Both the position numbers and the translations under genes were made by a program. Under the pieces are notes generated by a model. That model made no database searches. It worked only from the letters and a program-made list of their open reading frames with translations, and was not told where the DNA came from. Of a stretch of 64,000 nucleotides of DNA, positions 57,228-64,000 are shown piece after piece. Within the stretch, counting starts at the first letter, position 1; each line of letters begins with the position of its first letter. This DNA is from an uncultured Myxococcales bacterium (GTDB taxonomy: Bacteria > Myxococcota_A > UBA9042): the NCBI GenBank assembly GCA_903896545.1, contig CAITYF010000029.1:138350-202349 (forward strand), in the 5' to 3' direction.

Positions 57228-60200
57228 GTGAAGGCATACAATCAGATGTTGCCGCGCTTGCGGCGCGTTCAGCACACCTTGGCGCTCGTCGCGATGGCAA
57301 CTTTCGTCGCGCTCGCGGGATGCGGCGAGGACAATGCTGTCGCCGGGTCCGGAACGCCGGACACGTCCAACGTCGGCACCGATGCAGCATTGACCGACAC
57401 GCCAACGGACACGCCGGCGGGCAGCGATGCCGAGCCGACCGATGTGGCAGCCACCGACGTCTTCGACGCGCTGGACGTTGTGGACGTCGCGGATGACGTG
57501 GCGCCGGACGTAGCCCCCGACGTCGCGCCGGACATCGACACGGGACCGACGTGTGCGAGCGATCACTGCCTCATCGACCTGGTTTGCTATGACAACGGCA
57601 CGGTCAACCCGACCAACCCGTGTCAGCGCTGCTTTGCCTTGGCGGATCAGGTGAACTGGACTTCCGACGACACCGCCAAGTGCGACGACGGCAGCACGTG
57701 CACGCCCGACGATCACTGCGCAGACGGCAAATGCGTCGGCACGCCGACCAAGGACTGCGGCGACGGCAACGCGTGCACCAAGGACGACTGCACGGCGACC
57801 GGCGGTTGCGTCCACACCAACCTGAGCGACGCGGCACCTTGTGACGACGGCAACGGCTGCACGACGGGCGATGTCTGCGTGAACTCCGTGTGCCTGCCTG
57901 GCCAAGTGACGACCGATTGCGACGACAAAGACAGCTGCACCATCGACACGTGCGACGTGGCGCTCGGCTGCGAACACACGGCGACCGGCAGCGGTCCGTG
58001 TGACGACGGCAACGCCTGCACCGGCAACGACGCGTGCGGCGCAAACGGCTGCGCGGGCAGCGCGCTCGACTGCGACGACGGCAGCGTCTGCACGATCGAT
58101 TCGTGCGACCTGTTCAAGGGCTGCGTGCACGACGACGGCATCGCCAAGTTCTGCAGCGACCTGAACCCGTGCACGGACGAAACGTGCGATGCGCAACTCG
58201 GTTGCGTCTATCCGTACAACACCAAGCCGTGCGACGACGGCGACTTCTGCACGACGGACGACCACTGCGACAACGGCAAGTGCCTCGTCACCAAGACCGC
58301 GTGCGACGACAGCAACCCGTGCACGAACGACGCGTGCAGCCCGACTTCTGGCGTTTGCGTCTACCTGCCGAACACCGCGACGTGCACGGACGACGACGTC
58401 TGCACCATTGGCGACTACTGCAAGGACACGACCTGCTGGCCCGGCCAGACGCAGCAAGCGTGCGACGACGGCAATCCGTGCACGATCGACACGTGCGATG
58501 CGGCCAACGGCTGCCAGACGAGCGCGGGCCTGGGCAAGTGCGACGACGGCAACGCCTGCACCGTGGGCGACACCTGCGCCAACAAGGGCTGCTCCGGCTT
58601 GCCTTTGGACTGCGACGACAACGACGTGTGCACAATCGACTCGTGCGATCCCGCGACGGGCTGCAAGCACGACGGCTCGATCGCCGCGAATTGCACGGAC
58701 GACAACCCGTGCACCGACGAAACGTGCGATCCCAAGACCGGCTGCGTCTACCCGTTCAACACCGTACCCTGCGATGACAACAACATCTGCACCAAGACGG
58801 ACACGTGCACGTCGGGCGCCTGCCTGGGCAGCGCGGTCGACCCCAACGACAACAACCCGTGCACGGACGACGCGTGCGATAAAACGTTGGGTATCATCCA
58901 CTTGAACAACAAGTTGCCTTGCGAAGATGGCAACGTCTGCACGCTGAACGACGCATGCCTCTTTGGCGAGTGCGGCCCCGGCCCCACGCAGCTCACATGC
59001 GATGACAGCAACCCGTGCACGACGGACACCTGCGATCCGGTCGAAGGCTGCGTCTTCACGCCGAACACCGATCCTTGCGACGACGGCACGGTCTGCACCA
59101 AGGACGACACCTGCGGCAACAAGGAATGCCACGGCACGGCGATCGTCTGCGACGACGGCAACGCGTGCACGACGGACAGCTGCGACTCGGTCAAGGGTTG
59201 CGGCGCGAGCCTCATCGTGAACAAGCTGTGCCGCCCGAACATCGTCATCGACTACCCGCCGCGCGCCGCCACGATCAAGGGCGTTCTCGCCACGCCGGAG
59301 ATCACCGTCCTCGGCCACGTGACGGATGCCGCCGGTCCAATCACCAGCCTCACGGTGAACGGCACGGCGGTCACGCTCGACGCTAACGGCGCGTTCAGTT
59401 ACCCGATGTCCACGATCATCGGCGGCAACGAGATCATCGTTGTGGGCACGGACTCGTTTGGCACCACCAAGCAGATCGTGCAGTCGTACTTGTGGAGCGA
59501 TAACTACTACAAGCCGTACTGGGACCCGGTGACTGGACCGGACCACACCAAGGGCATCATCGATCCGGGCTTGGCGTACTACCTGAGCAAATCGGTCATC
59601 GACGACGGCGTGCACACGCAGCCTGCGAACGACTTGGCGACGGTGTTTGAGCAGGTGCTGGCGACGTACAAGCTGGAAACCTACATTCCGTCCTCGATTG
59701 TCGCGAGCGGCATCACGGTCTACATTTCTAATCTGAAGTACGGCAGCCCTGCCGTCGTGTTGACGCCGCAGACGGGCAGCCTGCACATGCTCGCGAAGAT
59801 CCCGAACATATCTGCGGATTTGAAGGCGACGCTGCTCATTTTCCCGGTGACTGGCAAGCTGACAGCCGATTCGCTGAACATTGAGACGGACCTCGTTCCG
59901 AGTGTGGACGCGAACCACAACGCGGTGATCGTGATGACCAACACCGTCATCTCGTTCACCAACTTCAAGGTGACCATCGCCGGTCTCAACCTGACCAGCT
60001 TGCTCAATGGCACCATCGCGAACCTCACAACGAGCTTGGTTCCGCAGCTGAAGACGGCTTTGGAGCCCGCTCTCTCCAGCGCTTTCAACGCGTTGGCGTT
60101 CAAGACGCAGTTCCAGTTGGGCAAGCTCGACGGATCGGGCAACAAGATCGCCGTGGACCTGTACAACGACTACAACAGCATCACGTGTGCAGCGGACGGC

Positions 60201-60926
60201 ATGGTTTTCATGATGCGCACCCGCGCCTCAGCGCAGGTCGATCCCGCCCTGACTACGTATGACGAATTGGGCATTCCGGCGCGCTCGCACTGTGGCGATG
60301 GCCAGCCGCAGCAGGTGAAGCTCACCAAGGTCGGCAAGATGGAGCTCGTCATCAGCGACGACGCGTTCAACGAGCTGCTCACCGCGGTGTGGAGCGGCGG
60401 TCTGCTGGAATTCCCGGTCGGCGCGTCGCTGCTGGGCAACGTCGACCTGAGCCAGTATGGCGTGAGCGATCTGGCGATGAACGTCGACGCGATGCTGCCG
60501 CCCATCATGGAAGACTGCAGCTACATCTCGCCCGTCGCGCAGATCGGCGACTTGCGGGTGTACGGTTCGCTCAAGCTCTTCGGCAAGGCGATCGACTTCA
60601 CGATGTACGCGACCTTCAAGACGGACGTCGAAGTCACCGCGAGCAACAGCGCCATCGGCATCGCCTTGAGCGGCATCAAGAGCGCGGACGTGCAGGTCGA
60701 CATCGTGCAGGACGCCATGGTCGGCTCCGAAGGCGCGCTCGCTGAACTCGTGAAGACGCAGGTGCTGGGCGCGTTGGTTGGCAAGCTGACCGGCTCTGCG
60801 CTCGGCTCGTTCCCGATTCCGGCGATTAACCTGAACATCGGCGGTGCCTCGGTTTCGCTCTCCATCGCGACCGACCAGGTTGTCCGCGTGGAAGGCAACT
60901 CCGTCGTCCAGGGCCACTTGCAGTAG
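57228..60926 (+). CDS. giant secreted lipoprotein: acidic (A/V)PDV pentapeptide linker, about 14 Cys-rich CxDGNxCTxDxC repeats, about 560-aa C-terminal Cys-poor domain
   Basis: GTG 57228 with signal and lipobox FVALAGCG. Linker DVAPDVAPDVAPDID. Repeats such as CDDGNACTGNDACGANGCAGSALDCDDGSVCTIDSCDLFKGC. The C-terminal domain is beta-rich and Cys-poor. Length is 1232 aa. Confidence 0.8.
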   Translation: MKAYNQMLPRLRRVQHTLALVAMATFVALAGCGEDNAVAGSGTPDTSNVGTDAALTDTPTDTPAGSDAEPTDVAATDVFDALDVVDVADDVAPDVAPDVAPDIDTGPTCASDHCLIDLVCYDNGTVNPTNPCQRCFALADQVNWTSDDTAKCDDGSTCTPDDHCADGKCVGTPTKDCGDGNACTKDDCTATGGCVHTNLSDAAPCDDGNGCTTGDVCVNSVCLPGQVTTDCDDKDSCTIDTCDVALGCEHTATGSGPCDDGNACTGNDACGANGCAGSALDCDDGSVCTIDSCDLFKGCVHDDGIAKFCSDLNPCTDETCDAQLGCVYPYNTKPCDDGDFCTTDDHCDNGKCLVTKTACDDSNPCTNDACSPTSGVCVYLPNTATCTDDDVCTIGDYCKDTTCWPGQTQQACDDGNPCTIDTCDAANGCQTSAGLGKCDDGNACTVGDTCANKGCSGLPLDCDDNDVCTIDSCDPATGCKHDGSIAANCTDDNPCTDETCDPKTGCVYPFNTVPCDDNNICTKTDTCTSGACLGSAVDPNDNNPCTDDACDKTLGIIHLNNKLPCEDGNVCTLNDACLFGECGPGPTQLTCDDSNPCTTDTCDPVEGCVFTPNTDPCDDGTVCTKDDTCGNKECHGTAIVCDDGNACTTDSCDSVKGCGASLIVNKLCRPNIVIDYPPRAATIKGVLATPEITVLGHVTDAAGPITSLTVNGTAVTLDANGAFSYPMSTIIGGNEIIVVGTDSFGTTKQIVQSYLWSDNYYKPYWDPVTGPDHTKGIIDPGLAYYLSKSVIDDGVHTQPANDLATVFEQVLATYKLETYIPSSIVASGITVYISNLKYGSPAVVLTPQTGSLHMLAKIPNISADLKATLLIFPVTGKLTADSLNIETDLVPSVDANHNAVIVMTNTVISFTNFKVTIAGLNLTSLLNGTIANLTTSLVPQLKTALEPALSSAFNALAFKTQFQLGKLDGSGNKIAVDLYNDYNSITCAADGMVFMMRTRASAQVDPALTTYDELGIPARSHCGDGQPQQVKLTKVGKMELVISDDAFNELLTAVWSGGLLEFPVGASLLGNVDLSQYGVSDLAMNVDAMLPPIMEDCSYISPVAQIGDLRVYGSLKLFGKAIDFTMYATFKTDVEVTASNSAIGIALSGIKSADVQVDIVQDAMVGSEGALAELVKTQVLGALVGKLTGSALGSFPIPAINLNIGGASVSLSIATDQVVRVEGNSVVQGHLQ
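57650..59225. repeat. Cys-repeat-encoding nucleotide tandem repeats (same family as 23650-25800, opposite strand)
   Basis: Recurring TGCGACGACGGCAACGCSTGCAC-type units. Confidence 0.7.
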
Positions 60927-60960
60927 ACGCTTGCACCGCACTCTCTGAATCGAGGCAAAC

Positions 60961-63573
60961 ATGAAGACGAACATCGGTCCGAGCTCGGCGATCGCCGGGC
61001 ACAACGCGGCCAACTTGCGCGCGGCACTTTTGGCACTGTGTAGCACCGCGTTGCTCAGCGCGTGCGGCGGTGACGTCCTGCCCGCCAGCGGCGACGCGAC
61101 AACGGGCAGCGACGCGACGGACGACGCACTCGTCACCGCGGATGTGGACACGGTCGGAGCCGACGTGGCAGCGGACGTGGGCACCGACGCCATCGAGGAC
61201 ACGGGAATTGACGCCATCACCGACCAACCGGATGTTCAGCCCGACGTGGAACCCGACGTGACGCCCGACGTGGCACCCGACACTGGTCCAGGCAAATGCA
61301 CCCCGGACCAGGTCAAGGCATGCGACGACGGACTCGTTTGCACGACCGACAAGTGCACGATGCCTGGCGGCGTCTGCGCGTGGTCGATGGCGGACGGCTG
61401 GTGCTTCATCAACGGCAACTGCATCGGCGCGGGCGAGACCAAGCCGGGATCGCCGTGTTTTGTGTGTGACCCCGCAGTGAACGCCAAAGCGTGGTCACCG
61501 CTGGCTGACGGCAAGGCGTGCGACGACGGCGACTTGTGCACGTACGACGGCACCTGTCAGACCCAGATCTGCGTCTCGAAGCCCACGCCGTGCGGCGATA
61601 ACAACCCGTGCACCGAGGACAAGTGCGACAAAGTCGCCGGCTGCCTCTACCCCAACGTCGCGGTCGGCACCAAGTGCGACGACGGCAACGCGTGCACACT
61701 TGCCGACAGCTGCACCGAAGCCGCTTGTGCCGGCAAGGCCATCGTCTGCAAAGAGAACAACCCGTGCACCGACGACGCCTGTGACATCGCGACGGGCTGC
61801 ACGTACACGAACAACGAGAACCCGTGCACGGACAACGACGAGTGCACGAATGGCGACGTCTGCGCGAGCGCCGCGTGCAAAAGCGGCGTGACCAAGAACT
61901 GCGACGACGGCAACACGTGCACGTTTGACCAGTGCGTTCCGAGCTACAAGGGCGGTTGCTACCACTTGGCCAAGCAGAGCCCGTGCTGCACCGGCTTGAC
62001 CAGCGTGTGTGACGACAACAACCCGTGCACGAGCGACGACTGCGATCCGACGACGTCGGCGTGCATTTACACCAACAACAGCGCAGCGTGCGACGACAAG
62101 AACGCGTGCAGCAGCGCGGACATTTGTTCCAGCGGCGCTTGCGCGGGCTCCAGCGTGACGTGCAACGACAGTAACCCGTGCACCAACGACAGCTGCGACA
62201 CCGCCAAGGGCTGCGTCTTCACGCCCATTGCCGCCAACGCGTGTGACGACGGCAAGCCGTGCACCGATGACGCGTGCGATCCGGTCGCTGGCTGTGCGCA
62301 CTCCAACAACACCGCCGCGTGCGATGACAACGACAACTGCACCGTCGACGACGCCTGCAAGGACGGCGCGTGCGCCAGCGGCCCGGCGCGCAACTGCGAC
62401 GACGGCAACGTGTGCAGCGTGGACAAATGCATCCCGAACATCGCGGGCGGCTGCTACCACTTGGCGACCAACAGCCCCTGCTGCACCGGTCAGACCAGCA
62501 TCTGCGACGACGGCAACGCGTGCACGAACGACGACTGCGACCCGGCGACGTCGGCTTGCAAGAGCAGCAACAACACCGCGCCGTGCACTGACGGCAGCGC
62601 GTGCACAACCAACGACGCCTGCGCGGGCGGCGCGTGCAACGGCACGACGCTCAACTGCGATGACGGCAACCCGTGCACGACGGACAACTGCGACCCGAAG
62701 GTCGGCTGCGCGCACGGCAACATCGACGGCGGCACGTGCGACGACAACAACCCGTGCACGACGGCGGACGTCTGCAGCGCGGGCAAGTGCGTGGGCGCAG
62801 GCCAGTGCACCTGCACGATGACGTTCAGCAACCAGGAGAGCAAGTTCACGACGATCCAAATCGGCGATGGCGGCAAGCCAGGCGAAGGCATCGACGTGGA
62901 CAACAACCCGGCGACGTGCGCGCCGAGCAACAACTGCACGTCGGGCATCAACAACTCGTTGGGCGCGCTCGCGGGCTTGGCCAACAAGCCGCTGCAGGAC
63001 GCCGTGACCAAGGGCAGCGTGAACTTCGTGCTCGAATACCGCGACCTGAAGCAAGGCGCCATCAACCTCGGCCTCTACACCGCCAAGGTCGCAGACAGCA
63101 ACGCGGCGTGCGACTTCCAAACGCAGACGTGCGACTACAACGTCGCCACGAACCTCATCGACTACCAAAAGTGCATCCCCGTCGTGAATTTGCCCGGCAA
63201 GCTCGCGGGCAACGTCATCATCGCGGGCGGAAAAGGCACGAACTTCCCGTTCTCGCTGCCCATCAGCGGTGGCGCGGTGCTCAGCATCGTCATCTACGGC
63301 GCGCAGTTGAACGGCACCGTGACCACCGACGCGGGTGGCAACATTACGTCGTTTGACGGCATTCTCGCGGGCGCCGTGCCCAAGGCAACGCTCGCGTCTG
63401 CCATCGACGCCCTGCCCGACGGTTCGCTGCCGATTCCGAAGGACTCGCTCAAGGCGATTCTGGATTCAACCGTGGAAGCCGACATCGATTCGAACGGCGA
63501 TGGCACGCTGGACGCCGCGTCCATCGGCCTCAAGCTGCACGGCATTCAGGCCAAGATCGTCGGCACCTATTGA
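60961..63573 (+). CDS. giant secreted lipoprotein, paralog of the upstream gene: PDV-type acidic linker, about 13 Cys-rich repeats, distinct roughly 250-aa C-terminal domain
   Basis: GAGG RBS before ATG 60961. Lipobox LLSACGG. Linker DVQPDVEPDVTPDVAPDTGP. Repeats CDDGNTCTFDQC, CDDNNPCTSDDCDPTTSAC and similar. A Cys-poor C-terminal domain follows. Length is 870 aa. Confidence 0.8.
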   Translation: MKTNIGPSSAIAGHNAANLRAALLALCSTALLSACGGDVLPASGDATTGSDATDDALVTADVDTVGADVAADVGTDAIEDTGIDAITDQPDVQPDVEPDVTPDVAPDTGPGKCTPDQVKACDDGLVCTTDKCTMPGGVCAWSMADGWCFINGNCIGAGETKPGSPCFVCDPAVNAKAWSPLADGKACDDGDLCTYDGTCQTQICVSKPTPCGDNNPCTEDKCDKVAGCLYPNVAVGTKCDDGNACTLADSCTEAACAGKAIVCKENNPCTDDACDIATGCTYTNNENPCTDNDECTNGDVCASAACKSGVTKNCDDGNTCTFDQCVPSYKGGCYHLAKQSPCCTGLTSVCDDNNPCTSDDCDPTTSACIYTNNSAACDDKNACSSADICSSGACAGSSVTCNDSNPCTNDSCDTAKGCVFTPIAANACDDGKPCTDDACDPVAGCAHSNNTAACDDNDNCTVDDACKDGACASGPARNCDDGNVCSVDKCIPNIAGGCYHLATNSPCCTGQTSICDDGNACTNDDCDPATSACKSSNNTAPCTDGSACTTNDACAGGACNGTTLNCDDGNPCTTDNCDPKVGCAHGNIDGGTCDDNNPCTTADVCSAGKCVGAGQCTCTMTFSNQESKFTTIQIGDGGKPGEGIDVDNNPATCAPSNNCTSGINNSLGALAGLANKPLQDAVTKGSVNFVLEYRDLKQGAINLGLYTAKVADSNAACDFQTQTCDYNVATNLIDYQKCIPVVNLPGKLAGNVIIAGGKGTNFPFSLPISGGAVLSIVIYGAQLNGTVTTDAGGNITSFDGILAGAVPKATLASAIDALPDGSLPIPKDSLKAILDSTVEADIDSNGDGTLDAASIGLKLHGIQAKIVGTY
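61320..62810. repeat. Cys-repeat-encoding nucleotide tandem repeats
   Basis: Same unit family as 57650-59225. Confidence 0.7.
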
Positions 63574-63600
63574 CCTGACAGCCGACCGACAAAATCTCCG

Positions 63601-63700
63601 AGAAATTGAAAAAAAATAGGGACTGAAATTGTCCGCTATTTTGACACTCCTGTGGCAATTTACACATATTGTACGGCTTTGAGCCTTGTTTCCGTTCGGA
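63601..63700 (+). promoter_or_regulatory. AT-rich island with sigma70-like elements (TTGACA ... CATATT) upstream of a partial lipoprotein gene
   Basis: gaaattgaaaaaaaatagggactgaaattgtccgctaTTTGACActcctgtggcaatttacaCATATTgtac. This is strikingly AT-rich relative to the surrounding roughly 68% GC sequence. Confidence 0.4.
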
Positions 63701-63763
63701 ACCGCGCGTACCCTCTTGGCGTCGGCAGCCTTACGCTGTCACGCGAGATAATTGGGGTCAAAA

Positions 63764-64000
63764 ATGGCGGATTTTCACGGAAACGACTCGGTAATTGGCT
63801 GTCGATTCTCACTCAAAGGCGCCGGTTTGACGCTAGCGATTTTCGCGCTGGCCGCCTGCGGCACCAAGGTCACGGCAGAGCCCGACGACGTTGCGGTGAC
63901 GCCAGAGGACGCACAAGACGGCCAAATCACGCCAAATGATGCCGAAGATGCGCTTAAATCGGACGTGCCGGTTTCGGAAGTGACCGGATCGGACGCCAAG
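63764..64000 (+). CDS. secreted lipoprotein, 5' fragment (runs off the window end)
   Basis: ATG 63764 gives MADFHGNDSVIGCRFSLKGAGLTLAIFALAACGTK... with lipobox ALAAC and an acidic linker like the other island lipoproteins. No stop occurs within the window, so it is absent from the ORF track. Confidence 0.4.
   Translation, partial: MADFHGNDSVIGCRFSLKGAGLTLAIFALAACGTKVTAEPDDVAVTPEDAQDGQITPNDAEDALKSDVPVSEVTGSDAK

Noticed and set aside
56346-59918. 1190-aa minus-strand ORF opposite holB and the giant lipoprotein gene
   Set aside because: Antisense artefact spanning two real genes.
57063-63573. MYXO-CTERM or other C-terminal sorting tag on the giant lipoproteins
   Set aside because: The C-termini (…VQGHLQ, …KIVGTY) lack the Cys-containing tripeptide plus hydrophobic helix plus basic tail.

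Overview
This is a high-GC bacterial chromosome segment, most likely Myxococcota. The evidence for that guess is myxobacterial-type CxDGNxCTxDxC cysteine-rich repeats, DUF1566 domains, many Ser/Thr-kinase/FHA/PilZ parts, and codon third positions dominated by G/C. Conserved housekeeping loci are interleaved with lineage-specific secreted proteins.

Housekeeping content, in order:
- FHA protein and nagZ, then an S41 tail-specific protease.
- tRNA-Cys, then rimP-nusA-ylxR-infB-rbfA-truB.
- A roughly 6.5 kb accessory insertion.
- rpsO-pnp.
- An HrpB-like helicase with an ATL protein, then glmS.
- mdh-sdhCAB, yaeQ, an M20 peptidase, a PilZ-Ser/Thr kinase and holB.

The insertion (12.7-19.1 kb) sits where truB normally abuts rpsO-pnp. 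It carries two tandem paralogous small lipoproteins, a 394-aa unknown, and a translationally coupled cassette: a capless HAD phosphatase, an APH-family kinase fused to a degenerate nucleotidyltransferase-like domain, and a canonical nucleotidyltransferase. This looks like an undescribed X-1-phosphate to NDP-X activation route.

Two blocks (22.6-39.1 kb and 57.2-64 kb) are dominated by secreted, lipobox-containing, extremely Cys-rich proteins. They include three giant proteins built from tandem Cys repeats, one of which ends in tandem DUF1566 domains. Embedded among them are trxA, crcB, a Ca-loop-containing alpha/beta-hydrolase lipoprotein and putative outer-membrane proteins.

No CRISPR array, IS element, integrase or recognisable defence cassette was seen. 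Many long ORFs antisense to real genes are high-GC artefacts. All coordinates and domain calls come from reading the sequence and the supplied ORF translations, with no database searches. Start codons in particular are approximate.
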